DNA from: Phoronis australis | Lineage: Eukaryota > Animalia > Phoronida | Assembly (NCBI GenBank): GCA_002633005.1 | Contig: NMRA01000541.1 | Coordinates: forward strand, 200,213-264,212 | Reading direction: 5' to 3' | Length of the DNA: 64,000 nucleotides | Shown: positions 1 to 13,559 of the stretch, piece by piece | Numbering within the stretch: the first letter of the stretch is position 1 | Layout of the letters: each line of letters starts with the position of its first letter | Notes under the pieces: generated by a model | Database searches by the model: none | What the model saw: only the letters and a program-made list of their open reading frames with translations | What the model was told of the DNA's origin: nothing | Translations under genes and position numbers: made by a program

Positions 1-1054
1 GAATTTTAGGGTGGGGGCATGGCCCCCTTGGCCCCCCTCTAAATCCGTCACTGTGTTCTGTGCAGTTAACTGAAATTGAGCTCTAAAACAAGGTTATGCT
101 TTGGACGAAAGAGTTAGGTTTTTTAATTTTAAAATTCAACTTGGTCGAGATTGATATTTGAAAAATGTTACACATGAAATAGACGTAATTATTAAAACCA
201 AGAAAGCAGAAGTGATGGTCATATAATTTTTATTTTCAATTGCGAGCCTAGTTTTTTATTGTAATCAAAATATATTATTTAATAACATCAAGTATTATTT
301 CAGATCTCAATGACAAATCAACTGTTAGTCCCGGTAGTGCCTACCTCACCAGGACCTAGGCTATGCTTGAAGCTAATAGGCCTACTCTTGATCAACAAAT
401 TAAACCAGATTAGACTAATTGCACGTGACAGCAAAATGCTATGAGCCACCACTGTCGAATATTTCTTCAACTCGTCAACAATACGACCAGATGACCTGGT
501 TCGTGTAGAAAGCATAGAAGAAACGTAACCCTGCATTCAGCATGATACCTAATCCGCAACATTACGACCGCCGCAATTTGGTCATGTTTACTTTTCATGT
601 TTCGAACCTAATTTTCTGGAAAAATACCTATATCCTTTCGTCAGACAACTCTTTGGTGCATTGACTTGTTCTTTAACTGTATTTTTCTACGTCTCTTTGG
701 TTAATTATTGACACATTTCTTAAGATTTAATATTCAGGTTGGACTCCAAAGACCGGCCATTTAACTCACGCTATGTAAATTTCCGCTTTGTTTATCGCAG
801 TGAGCCTCGCTTTGGATTTTAATGTCCACCGCATGAGTAGAGACTATGGTCAGCCCTTCCCCGGAATCTTGCAAGAGACTTAGTAATGGGAAAATTAATT
901 GCTGACATGTCATAGAAAATATGCTAATCACCCTTTCAGAAATGTCAGTGTGAAAGATATTAACCCCCAGTGTCATGTTTCTTTAACTAACTTGTACCTA
1001 ATCAGTGTACAGTTCGGATGTTGTACTAAAGTGTATGTCCGTTGTTCCTAAGTG

Positions 1055-1201
1055 TACCTCTTTATAATTTATTGGCATCTTTTGATGTAAAGGTGCAGTC
1101 CATCTCTTGATTTGTAAGTTGTATGACTGTCATACAACTTACAAATCAAGAGATGGACTGCACCTTTACATCAAAAGAAGCCAATAAATTATAAAGAGGT
1201 A
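1055..1201. repeat. Near-perfect 147-bp palindrome (73-bp arms, 1-nt spacer)
   Basis: tacctctttataatttattgg...gtatgac-t-gtcatac...ccaataaattataaagaggta. One mismatch seen; centre at 1128. Confidence 0.95.
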
Positions 1202-1408
1202 TTGACTTAGAACAGGGTTCACAAAAAACTGATTTTGTTGACCTTGTATGTCAGTTTCAAAAGGCCTATTGTGTGTTATTTACAACCATGATTTACAACC
1301 GTCTGAAACATTCTGAGCCACTATGCCAACTGGTTACCCCCTCTAAGCCCAAAACGAGCTCACAATCTGTTGTACCAGTGTTACTGAATCCTACTCTCCA
1401 TTTTACAG

Positions 1409-1552
1409 GTCCATTTGCCAATGCACTTTGTGATCGTTTTTCCACTCGCGCTGTAGTCACTGTTGGGGCAATACTGAGTGCTGTAGGATTCCTTCTTAGT
1501 GGTTTTGCAACTCAGTTGTGGCACTTGTATATTACATTTGGAGTGTTCATAG
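1409..1552 (+). CDS. SLC16 / monocarboxylate transporter family gene, internal exon (upstream exons lie outside the window)
   Basis: ttttacag|GT acceptor and AG|gtgagt donor, 144 bp, phase 1/1. Encodes GPFANALCDRFSTRAVVTVGAILSAVGFLLSGFATQLWHLYITFGVFIG, typical of the SLC16 N-terminal half. Confidence 0.92.
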
Positions 1553-2147
1553 GTGAGTCACAGGCATATGTGCCCTACAAGTACAGTTAATGTTTTACAA
1601 AAGTAAATTTATAAATTTTAAAAAGTGCCAAATTCCCAAAAGAAATCAAAATTGAAAAATACACTTGATAATGATTAAAATATTAAACTTAAATTGCTTG
1701 CTAATTCTTTTTCACTCATTTTACTAGTGTAGATTTTATCTGTTTTTATTTATTTGTTGTTACTGTTCTCATGGCAAATGAAGTCGTTCTGCCCCCCGAC
1801 GTTTTTCAAACATTGAATATTTAAGACAGGTTAGACCTTCAGAAATCCTGTAAACCTGTTGGTCAAAATACATGACTTCAGGGTGGGCAACTTATGTCAC
1901 CATCCAGTTATTGAGGATTTTTTGAACAAATGATGCAAAACGTGAGTCACTGGGAGAAAAGATTATAGGGAAAATCTCACCAATTTAAGACACAACATAG
2001 CAGACTAGTGAATTCGTATTTTTTCATTTTTTCACAAAATGTATGGTGAACCAAATTTATTTTTACTTTTCCATATTCAAGCTCTGTACCATAGACAATA
2101 TTTTGAAACTATGTCAACATTCACAGCAATGTTAAAAGACCTTGAAA

Positions 2148-2334
2148 AATGAAAAGTAGGTGAGAGGTTACTTTTAATGAACAGTGGGTGAGAGTTTACC
2201 TTTAATGAACAGTAGGTAAGAGGTTACCTTTAATGAACAGTAGGTTAATGAACAGTAGGTGAGAGGTTACCTTTAATGAACAGTAGGTGAGAGGTTACCT
2301 TTAATGAACAGTTGGTGAGAGGTTACCTTTAATG
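2148..2334. repeat. Minisatellite, ~28-bp unit (gtaggtgagaggttacctttaatgaaca), about 6 copies
   Basis: Direct tandem copies are visible. Confidence 0.9.
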
Positions 2335-3049
2335 GCAAACAAAAGTGTTGTTTTAGAACTGAATTAAAGTAAAGTTTAGGCAGTCAAAAATTATTTTGCT
2401 CAAGGTTGGAGGTTGAACCAACTCTTAGAAATAAGCTAAATTGGTCGTCCCATATTGAACTCTGGAGATCATTGCCAAATCATCATTCATCTCAATGTTA
2501 CACATTATCATAAAATTGGTGCATCGCCTTCTGTTTCTGACGATTTTAAGAATTGACAGGTCTATGGTCAAATTCTGTTCTACAAACTGTAATCATATCG
2601 CAGCAAAGCCTGGTGAAGTAAAGCTCGAAAGCGCCGCATTTTACAAAGCGAAGCGTCTGGTAACGCACAACAGGTTTCAGCATACAATCTCCATATGTAA
2701 CTAGCTCCATTGTGTGTTCTGTGTACACTGTCAATTAACTGATCATAAAACTTCCTTACTTCAGCCAAGTTGTTTTCAGTTGAAAAATACAATTTCTCAA
2801 GTGTTAGTCGGAGGTCAAGTTTGATATCGTATTCGTGATGAAAAATGCTGCAAATCCGTACACTTAAGAATTTGTTTTTTGTTGAGTCGCTTTTCAAAGT
2901 ACTTCGCCTCATGCCCTAAACGCCTATGAATATTCATCTATGCTCTTGAACTTGTTTAGTTCATTCTGTTCCAAAAGTTTTAAAAATTTAACGAAACGTG
3001 TTTAAAAGACCTTTGAAAAGATTCTTGTCGATTAGTATTACATAATATA

Positions 3050-6000
3050 CGGTAAAGTCGCGTGATTTTCGGACACTGAAAATTAATTCCAATAGAAAAA
3101 ATTCATTCTTGGACGAATCTCGCGAAATATCATTTTGTGGTATCCGAATTTGGCGGACCTCCAAATTTGGGTTTCCGCTAGTGTCCGAATTTCGTGGGTG
3201 TACATTATTTCGATGAGCGGTCGTAGTATCAACAATGCTGGCTCCGTCATTTGATAGCAGTATAATTGCGGGTAAATGAGACTCAAATGGTCTGAGCGAT
3301 TAATTTTTGAAAATCTGGCTTTCCCAATAAGAAATGTGCGTCGTCGACGCACAAAGACCGTTCCCAACAAGTGTTGGTTCTTCTCTTCAAAGATGTGCTT
3401 TCTCAATATGAAATATTCGGCTTGCATTGCCGATGCTCAAAAACCGTTCTCCGCAAGTGACGGAATCTTTTCAAAACTGCGCTATCCCACTTGAAATATC
3501 GGGCTGCGTTGCGAAGAGTCTTCCTGGTGACAAATATGGGCTTTTCAATGAGTGGGTCTGGTTTGCGTTGTTGACGCACATGAAACGTTAGACAACCGAT
3601 TCTCTTTTGTAAAAATGCGTTTTCTCAATAACAAAAATGTCGAGTTTGCGCTGTGAACGCATGGTTTCCCAATAAAATGCTGGAATTGCGTATTCGGCGC
3701 ACAAAGAGGGTTCCCGACCATCAAAACATGCGCTTTCTCAATTTTAACGAATTTTGCATTAAACGTAACAGTAATGGATGTGGGAACGAGTTCAATGAAG
3801 AAAGTGACGAACAATGACAAGAACATAGCATATATTTATGTTTGTTAAACGTATCCATGCATTGTCTGCTGGTTACAAACCGAAACGCAAGTTAACTCTG
3901 ACACATTTATTTCCATATTAACTGAAAGCTCAGTTTCAACATGAAAACTTCGATTGAACAATTACCCAAAATAGATAACAAAGACAATCATGATAATAAA
4001 ACGAGTAGTTTCTCATCGACTTGTGATCCCCATTTGTCGTCCTGGTAGTCGTCTGAATTGTTGAAGAAGCGCTGTCGTTCTACATGTTTAGGCCTACTGC
4101 GGCAAACGATGGGAATGCGTCGACTAGTACAGTGCTGCGCGGCTGAAGACACGATTAACTAACATATTGTATATATAAGGGCGTTGTCTAGAAAGCAAAT
4201 GCAATTTCAAATGCTACCAACATCAAATTCACCCAACCTTTTTTTTTTACAATTAAAACCTTTCTCATCCACAGCCTTTGAAACGCCCGATGTTAACTCA
4301 GTGATACACTGGCGCGTCTTCATGCAACTGAGGTGACCTAACACATCTGGGTTCGCTTACGTTTTTAACCACAGTGAAAACTCTGACTTGTGAAATCTTT
4401 TTGTGGATGAAATGAAACTGATAATCGTTAACATTTTCTGGTAATCTGCGTGGAAGATAACAGGGCCGTTTCTTCTGGTCGTCACCAGTTTAGCGCCGTC
4501 CACGGTCGTCACCAATTTCGCGCAGCTCAGTCTCCGTCAGTCACTACTAATTTACGCCGCCCCCCCCCCCTCGGCCTCCTGTTGCACACCAATGTCGATT
4601 TTGCGCCACTAATTCTAAGGGAGTCTACTAGGTGCAACCCCCTGCCAAGACCGTTGTTGCGCACGTTGATACAATAGGATACTGGGCAGATCACGACTGT
4701 TAGAAGAATCGACTAGTGACGACCTGAAAAGAAAAACGAAAGCACTCAATTTGGGACAGGTGAACTCATGAAGGACGTAAACCAGGCAATTCAAGTACCA
4801 TTCTACTATTTATATACTTAATTTTCTTTCTTAATGTATATTTAACCAATTACAATTCATCTATGTCGACCGTTTTCATTTCATTTCGTCATATATTTGC
4901 TACAGTTACGGAAAATAGTTCTTCCCACAGGTCTCTGCTGATGGACATTACACACTTCTGCTAACATTTAAAGTATGAACAGTCGCGAGTTTACTGAAGT
5001 CTCATTATAAGTACAGAAATGTTGTTGAAGAATAACAGTGACTATCTGAAGACAGGAATACATAACAAAATAAAATATGGAAACACCAAACAAAAATCAA
5101 AACAACACTTACCTGTTGCAATAACGCCTTAAATGCGAACGTACTGACCGACTTGCATGAACGGAATGTTAGTTGAACATGTTAGTAGAACAAAACTGTC
5201 TCAATGAAATTTTCATGGTTGACAGGTTTAAGAAGATCCACCGTAGATTTCCGTATATAAGTCCAGGAGAATATATGGCCAATTTGCGTATCTTAAATTT
5301 TTCCCTAAAATATACCTGGGATGCATATCTGAGAATAAAAATGCATGCTTGAAATCTAAAAATAATGCTATTCCCACTAGGATATAATTAGGGTGAGCTA
5401 CAGTATTTATACTGTGTTCGTGTATTCGGCATTGCTGAGTATAGGCCCTGGTGTATTTTTACATAAGACGTTTGGTTTCCCCAACTTATATACGGAAATC
5501 GCTGGTAATACTTCCCAAAATTATTTACCCTTGCTGCAAGTAAGGCATCACCTCGGGTAAAAATAGAACAATAATAATTAGCAATGTAACAGTCAACACA
5601 ATTAAACACACTTACAGCTGAAATGCCTCTAAAACTATATTAAGTAATACAAAAAACATGGTCTGTAGTTTAAGATCACGTTTCTTTTTTGTCTCAAAAC
5701 TATCAACTGAAGGCGGTAACATGGACAAGAAGGCAAGGTCCTGTGGAAAGTAGATATCGAACTCCGGGTCGGAAACACTTATCAGGTTCCAAGCCCGTTG
5801 CATCGGACTCCAGGTCCTGTATTCTTGTTAGCCTACCCCTAGGACCACAAGAAGCAACGACTACCAAATCTGATTCAACTGACTTGTCATTTTTCGAAAT
5901 GATTGGTGGAGGATTTTCTTAGCCGCCGCAGACAGAGAGTGCCACAGGGTCCCGGTGTCCTTGTCGGGATTCATCTTAATCTCGGGACACCATGGAGTTC

Positions 6001-7371
6001 AGGGTGTTGTACCTCAGACGGTACAGGGTGTGAATTAACAAGACCACAAGTACACAGACCAGTGGATGAGCAAGCAAAATTGGGTCGCCGCAAGTTAAAT
6101 CTTTTTTAGGTTTACATCTGGGGTAAAGCTCGTAACGCTAGAACTTCGCTAAAAAGCAAGAATTCATGAAATTACCTGATGTATTGTGTTTTTGAATTGA
6201 AAGCGTGATTTTGGCTAGATTTTTGTATTTCCCAAGACAGCTACTGAACTCTACCCTAGTCTGCGACCAGGGGCGCAAGGGTGAGAATCTCACGAACACG
6301 CTAGACTGAAGACGTCGAGACGTTTGGTGAGGCATTGCAAACGAAGCACACGATCACACTATCTTCTTTAGCGAGATTCTTGCATCTGCGATGCTTATCA
6401 GAGAGCAACAGACAATTTGTAAGGGTAATGAAACGTGGTTACGTGGATGTACATTAGTTTTTGATATGTGTTATAGCACACCGGCGCTTACACAACATAG
6501 GACAGGGATGCAATGTCTCTGTAACAATTGCGTGTGCGCCGCGCCCCTTTCTGAGTGCTGGGCCTTGCACTATGTTTGATTTTTAACCAGCTTTACTTTG
6601 GCTCCGTCTCATTCGGCTGCTGCTGTTCACTATCTACACTACTTTGAACGCGCGATATCCTACGGACAGACTTAGCTGTGGCCTATTGTGAATGGGGGCC
6701 TAAACAAAAAATATTTCTCATCACGTCAAGAATAAAATCGGGACACGTCGCCGGAGATTTTAGCCACTAACAAGGGCATTTGCAAAGGCCAGGACGTTTT
6801 AAAAATAAAAACGTTTCGTAAACACGCAAGTTGATGTCAGGCGTGCAAGTTCAATGTCACAGTCCGAAGTCGAACAACACGGTCTAATTAAACCAGAGCA
6901 CATGTTACGCTACAACGAAAAACTGCAGCCTTCGGTGTATTTCCCATTTGTATTTTCATCAGAAATTTTCGTCATGCGGGACTCGGTGACTCTTTCCATA
7001 GCTAAAGCGCCAAACACAAGCTAAACGCAAGACAATCGAGTAACGGTCATGACATCGTCAAGACAAGGTAAAAATTACAAAGCCCGTTACACCAATTCTC
7101 AGATTCAAGCCTTATAGAGTAGTAATCATCCGTTGAACGCTTTAGTGACACGGGAGTTGCGTCGATCCCAAATTAGCGTTTCTAAAATTTTCCTTGTCCG
7201 AAAGTCGCGGGGCAAAAATCCGACGTTTATGACATTGTCCGAAGTTCGAAGATCATTAAAAAACAGTTTTTGGACCTTGTACGAATTTCGTGGACTATGA
7301 AAAACTCATTTCGGAAATATTTTTTCTTGGTCGAAAATGGCGGGCCGTTCGAAAATCACGCGACTTTACCG
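3050..7371. mobile_element. TA-flanked non-autonomous DNA transposon (Tc1/mariner-pogo-like), ~4.3 kb, with nested insertions
   Basis: Perfect TIR cggtaaagtcgcgtgattttcg at 3050 with its reverse complement ending at 7371. TA on both sides (3048-49 and 7372-73). No intact transposase seen. Confidence 0.75.
5241..5506. mobile_element. Small MITE nested in the 3050-7371 element
   Basis: Inverted repeats gatttccgtatataagt (~5246) and acttatatacggaaatc (~5484). Confidence 0.55.
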
Positions 7372-7731
7372 TAGCACATTTTGTTGCATTGGTATAACAT
7401 TTGAAACTATTCCAAACGCGTATCAATTGCCGTAGTGACTCGACGAAAGTTTGTTTTCGTGGTGCAACATGGTCGGGCATTTCCTAACATGACGATTTTC
7501 GAATAGAAGGCTGCTTTGTTGGTGTTTAAGTGCAGGGAGAAAGTGCATGCAGTTGTTGAGCTGCTGTCAGATGGGCGGACGTAGTGATCGACGAGATCAT
7601 GACACCTGATCGCTATTTTGTACGTTGTACGCTTCCCGGCCCGGTAGTGGGTACTGTTTCGTCGAATGAAATCTGCGCTCGGGTGCTTCCACGACAAGAA
7701 CAGGAAAGGTGTAAACTGTTTTTTTATTTCC

Positions 7732-9411
7732 TTTTTATGCGCCCACATAATTATATGTGGACGCATTATGCCGTCATCTCCATCTGTTCAGCCGTCCGTC
7801 CGGTGTCCAGCATCTGCTGCTCTATCTCTAAAACGCCTTGACGTATCTTCATGAAATTTTGCACATGTTTTCCTAACATGGATGGGACAGCATGAGCAAA
7901 CATTCAAACGGATCCGACTACCGGTATGTCCCCTAGTGGCAAATTTAGTTTTTTACGTTTACTTCTGTCTCTTCAAAAGTCCTGATTGGATTTTCACAAA
8001 ATTTGTTATGTAGACACCTATTAGTGAGATGACGCTGTCCTCCCGTTTTCGGATGGATTCAATGTAATTTGCGCCACCTAGTGGCCATTTTTAGTCGTTT
8101 TTTGCGTCCACCCCTCTATCAAGCTAGCCACTCGAAGGATTACTGTGAAAATTGGCCCGTATTTTCTGACTATGAAGTGGACGGGCGACGATTTCGACTA
8201 CTGTGGTGCCTCATAGTGGCAGTTTTGTTTTTTTTTTGCGCCTATTGCTGTATCTTCTAAACCGTTTGAAGGATCTTTACTAAATTTAGTGAGTGTATTT
8301 ATATGATGTTGACAACCAACGACAAGGACTTACTACTGGTGTGCCACCTAGTGGCAATTTCATCTTTTTACATATATTTTCATAAAATTTGGCATACAGG
8401 CATCTGTTAATGAGGCGACGCTATCTCTCTGTTTTCAGATGAATTCGACCTAGTTTGCTCCACCTAGTGGCCACTTTACTGTTTTCAAGTATGTTTTTTG
8501 GCGTCCACTCATCTATCAACCAAACCGCTTTCAACATAATTGTGAAAATTGGCATGTATGTTTCTACTATGAAGTGGATGGCTGACGATGATTTTCCGAC
8601 AAGTTCGACTACTGTGGCATCTCCTAGTGGCAGTTTTGTATTTTTGCACTCATTGCTGTATCTCCTAAACTGTATGCAGGATGTTTACTTAATTTAGCAA
8701 GTGTATTTATATGATGTTGACAACAGACGATGACTTTCAGATAGATCTACCTTTTGGTATGCCCCCTAGTGGCAATTTTAGTTTTTTTTACGTTGAACTC
8801 ATTATCTTCAAAGGACCTCAACAGATTTTCATAAAATTTTGAATATAGGCATCTATTGGTGAGATGATGTTATCCTGTGTTTGGATGGAATCAAGGTATT
8901 TTGCACCACCTGGTGGCCATTTTTGCTGTTTTCAAATCATGTTTTTGGCGTCCACCCCTTGATCAACCAAATCATTCTGAGGATGGTTTCGAAAATTGGC
9001 CTATATGTTTTCAGTGTGAAGAGGATGTTTGATGATGGCGACTAACTACTGTGGCGCCTCCTAGTGGTAGTTTTGTTTTGTTTTGTTTTTTGCCCATAAC
9101 TGACCATCTCCAAAACCCACTGCAAATAAATTTAGTAAGTGAATTTATGTGAAGATAACAGACGATGACTGTCAGGCAGATCAATCAGCCGCTGTGCCCA
9201 TAAGTGGCACTTTCATTTTGTTCTGTTTTCCTTTGTTTCTCTGAAGTTCCTTGACAGATTTTATGAAATATGGCATGATCCCGTTTTTGGATGGAGTGTA
9301 CGTTTTTGCACCATCTTGTGGCCATTTTTATGATACAAATAAATAACCCTAAAAGCACACCATTTGCGATGCATTCGTGGGCGCATTTCAACGATCTGCG
9401 TTGCTCTTGTT
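7732..9411 (+). mobile_element. Helentron/HINE (DINE-1-like) non-autonomous element with an internal tandem array, copy 1
   Basis: 5' T-run plus subterminal IR atgcgcccac, (ccgt)n microsatellite, ~140-bp internal repeats, then 3' gtgggcgcat, hairpin caacgatctgcgttg and ctcttgtt. Homologous to 13560-15281. Confidence 0.75.
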
Positions 9412-9480
9412 ACTATCTCAGTATTGTTCACATTTTTTGAGATGATGTCTAAGCACAGTCAGTCTAACAATTGTTGTTAA

Positions 9481-11319
9481 AGACATATTTTCACACCAAA
9501 ACAACTGCTTTTCAACTCAAAGAATAGCATTGCAGGAGCCCGTTACTTGGGCTAGTTACTGTCTGCACAGCGTGATTAATTAGATAAGCCCAGCAGTAAT
9601 GACCTTCTCCCACTTCAGCCCAGTCAATTCTGAAAACAGACTAGGCGGTTACATAAGCCTCTGTGAAGTCGTGTCCGGAAGACAACTGTGTTGTAGGAAT
9701 GAACTCGGCTGGTAAACCGCAGTCACACAAGGCAGAAACCAACATGGATTACTAAAGCTTTAGCGACGAGTCTTCCAACGACGAGGAAATTTTAGAAAAT
9801 CTTTTGTAACGATGAAGCGTCGGACACAGACAATATGCACAACGACCATCGTGAGCGTGTTCTTGACAACATAAACGGGCCCTGCAGGTTCGAACCAGTG
9901 CCTGCAAGTGTCCCAGTCGCTTTGGATGAAGAGTCAGCGGTGGATCCCGAAGACAATGACCGCACAACTTCAGACGTTTTATCATGTTAGATAAATGGAA
10001 AACAAAAACAATGCCGCGAGTTTGAATGCGAATATGTTTATTTTCGATTCAAGTTAAATAAAAAGCAATTTCAAACATCGGGACTGGTAGACGGATAAAC
10101 TGCGATATGCAAGACTATTTGCCGTTTTGTCCTACGTTTCTTGATTTGCATAGGTTGAAAGCAAGGTGGGATAAGTTTTGTTGTAGGTTATCGATTGCAA
10201 TTTGTATTTTATAACAAAAGCTTATTTTTGATGTTATATCTATTTTAAGTAATTACTGAACAGAGAGGGGGTCGAAACCATTAAAAGTCACCCGCACTCG
10301 AATTAATTTAATCCCCATAATGTTTATTTAATTGCAAAAATACGACAGGTAAGTAGCATTCAAGCAACTACACACAATTATGTTGCAAAAATTGTAATTC
10401 AAAAGAAATGCGGTTTCCAACAATGTCCTTCGATGTTATACGCCATTAGTAATGTTGTTCGCTTACTAGTGTGGCCCAAGGCCTGCTAGCTTCCGCAAAG
10501 CGACAGCATGTACAGTTTTGGAAATTATCTAAAATTTCACTTACCTTGGTTTCCAACCATACTGCGATTGCAGGCTGTCGACCTCGAAACAGTCTGCAAA
10601 AAAATGTTTACTCCATATCACCGAATACGGCGACGCTCCACTTAATTTTCTCGTGGACCTCACGAAGTCTTCCCACTTGCGACGCAGTCTGGGGTTAGTG
10701 GGAAACCTATGTAATGAAACCCCAGGCCCAGACCCTGACACATTGTCACAGCCTCCAATAACACAACAGTCCGGCGTTGTTCTTCAAATTTTTAATCGAG
10801 TTGAAGTATAAAAATGTGTTTAATGTCGTAATAAGTATTCCAATTGGCACACAACAACAGTGATACGTCGTGCGTAGACAGACAGTGCGAAAGACGTGCG
10901 GCTGTACTCGAACACTTTATTGAGGACTCATTGCTAACTACTGTGAAATGTTTATGGCAACGCACAAGACCATGTGCATATGTGTCACATTTCAGAGAAT
11001 TAATTGGCAAAAGTTGGATAATAAACCCATTCTAACAAACAGAAAGCTTCCATTTGTGCCAGATAGTCCCAGTACAAACCTATGGACAGACTCGGCAGTG
11101 ATCGGGTCCGCTTCCGGACGTGACGTGATTCCGAAGATAGCCGAAGTTGAAAATTTTCTGTTCTCGAAATTTTGTGGGGAAGTGGGAGAGTGTTTTACAC
11201 GAATAATAGAAGAATATGGGGTGTGAAATAAAAAGAAATGTGGTTTATAAGCAATCTTTATTAACAGTCAACACGTGTATACATATTAACTACAACTGAA
11301 TAGCTGTGAATTGACCTCT
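9481..11319 (-). mobile_element. Kolobok-like non-autonomous element with a degenerate THAP domain
   Basis: TTAA at 9477-80 and 11320-23, with degenerate TIRs agacatattttcacacc / agaggtcaattcacagc. Minus-strand THAP relic PDCCVIGGCDN...SLHRFP...RRKW...VIWSKHF at ~10545-10776; its start codon reads ACG and one Cys is Trp. Confidence 0.6.
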
Positions 11320-12035
11320 TTAACTGGTTAGGTAGGGTTGTTTGCCTCTGGAACTGGCACCCTGGCAATTCAAGTAATTGATATGAATATGAGTGCGCCA
11401 AGTTTTAGAAAGCCTGTACTGTAACATAAGTGGGGTAATTCTGCAGGTTTAGGCGTATAAATTATCTCAGTTTACCAGTAGTGTCTGAATTATTTTACAC
11501 AAGATTATTAATTTAAGTCTATTCCAAAATCTTAGAACTTTTCATTTCATTACCTAGCATGAAAACAGGCTCTGATCATAATAGTTCAAACCAATGAGCT
11601 AAAAAACTCAGTTGAAGTGCTTGTTGGCCCATAGGTCATTGTAGTATAGGCTAGCCTATGGTTTGACCTTTCAATAATTACATAATAACTTGTTAAATAG
11701 TGCTGATGACAACATGCTAACAATGGAACCACCCTGGGCATCAATGCATTTATTGAGTAGGTGTAAGACCACCTTTTCTTGACATCACAGACACAAAAGC
11801 TATAGATATTCCTTGAACAAATTCCATATGTTGGTGGTGACCTAGGTCTGCTTACTGGCAATCATATTTTGTAGACCAAGTTGCTTACCGGATTTGTGTA
11901 CTTGGGGTTGTATATTTTGTGTGACATTTTGTGGTATTATTATTCCAGAGAGACTGTGGATGCCCTTCCGTATTGTTGTGCTCTATAGTATTTACTTGGC
12001 GGAATTCTTCCGCCAAGTATGTTGCTCTGACAGCA

Positions 12036-12073
<38 letters not shown>

Positions 12074-12424
12074 TTTGTTCGCGGCCATTTTGTATTCGAT
12101 TTCACAGTCAAATACTTGTAGAGGCCGCATTTTTCGACCTACATGGCTGATTGGTACGAATATACTAGAACGCATGTGCTACAATTGTGCTGAAAATCGT
12201 TGACTTCCGGTTAAAGATGGCGGAAATATTGGACGTGGCGCATGCGCACCCCGAAATATGGCTAAAAACGTTTTCTTCTGTAGAGGGCGCAATTGCAAAC
12301 CAATCACTTTCAAACTGGTCACGTGTTTGTTGAGTTTAATAAGCTTTTATAAAAAATTATTGAACCGGAAGTCACCTTCAAGATGGCGGCTGTGGGGCAT
12401 GTTCACACGGTTTCAATCGCTCTG

Positions 12425-12845
12425 NNNNNNNNNNNNNNNNNNNNNNNNNNNNNNNNNNNNNNNNNNNNNNNNNNNNNNNNNNNNNNNNNNNNNNNNNNNN
12501 NNNNNNNNNNNNNNNNNNNNNNNNNNNNNNNNNNNNNNNNNNNNNNNNNNNNNNNNNNNNNNNNNNNNNNNNNNNNNNNNNNNNNNNNNNNNNNNNNNNN
12601 NNNNNNNNNNNNNNNNNNNNNNNNNNNNNNNNNNNNNNNNNNNNNNNNNNNNNNNNNNNNNNNNNNNNNNNNNNNNNNNNNNNNNNNNNNNNNNNNNNNN
12701 NNNNNNNNNNNNNNNNNNNNNNNNNNNNNNNNNNNNNNNNNNNNNNNNNNNNNNNNNNNNNNNNNNNNNNNNNNNNNNNNNNNNNNNNNNNNNNNNNNNN
12801 NNNNNNNNNNNNNNNNNNNNNNNNNNNNNNNNNNNNNNNNNNNNN
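12425..12845. other. Assembly gap (N run)
   Basis: Run of N. Confidence 1.
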
Positions 12846-13294
12846 TTGACCCAGACTGACCCAGCCAGCACTGTTCTACTGTAGACTGGACCGTCATGTG
12901 GCGCCATCTATTGTTCTTTATTGTAGTTGATTGTATGTTCTCTATTTGATTTTTTGCTAGTCACATGAATGTTATCGTGTTTGACAAACTACCACTTTAG
13001 ATAGAGTTTTGAACGGGCTTTCAGATGATAATTTCCATTTTGCGCTACGACGTCTACTTTTTGAATTATTCGAGATTTTCGGATACCGTTGTTCCTTCGG
13101 TCACTTATGCACTCAGCTGGCTGGCTTTCAGTTCACTTTGTTTTGATTATGCCTAGTTGACCCAGACTGACCCAGCCAGCACTGTTCTACTGTAGACTGG
13201 ACAGTCATGTGGCGCCATCTATTGTTCTTTATTGTAGTTCATTGTATGCTCTCTATTTGATTTCGTCGCTAGTCACATGAATGTTACCGTGTTA
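12846..13294. repeat. Direct repeat of ~135 bp at 311-bp spacing next to the gap
   Basis: ttgacccagactgacccagccagcactg...gaatgtta occurs at both 12846 and 13157. Confidence 0.85.
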
Positions 13295-13559
13295 TCCATT
13301 ATTGCCGCCTTGATCGTCATGATTGTCGTCGTCGCTCTCATTGTCGTCTTTTCGATTAATTCCGCCAAGTGTCGCTCTTCCGAGCGCTCTCGTTTTGTAG
13401 ATTTTATTATTTTTATTTCATAAATATAATAGTTATGCAAGTTTCTGTATGATGTTCTTCCTGTTGTACATAGTGTCATACACTGTTGTTATAGCAGCCC
13501 TAATTAAAATATATGCTGTATGATAGTACTGTACACTTTATACAGCCTGCGAATATATT

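Noticed and set aside
11885-12203. Poly-K / poly-F ORFs, and the Pro/Ser-rich ORFs at 34267-34513
   Set aside because: They derive from a poly-T tract and a CT-rich microsatellite. Low-complexity and non-coding.
12258-12907. Long ORFs spanning the N-gaps (also 43459-43791)
   Set aside because: Artefacts of translating N runs.
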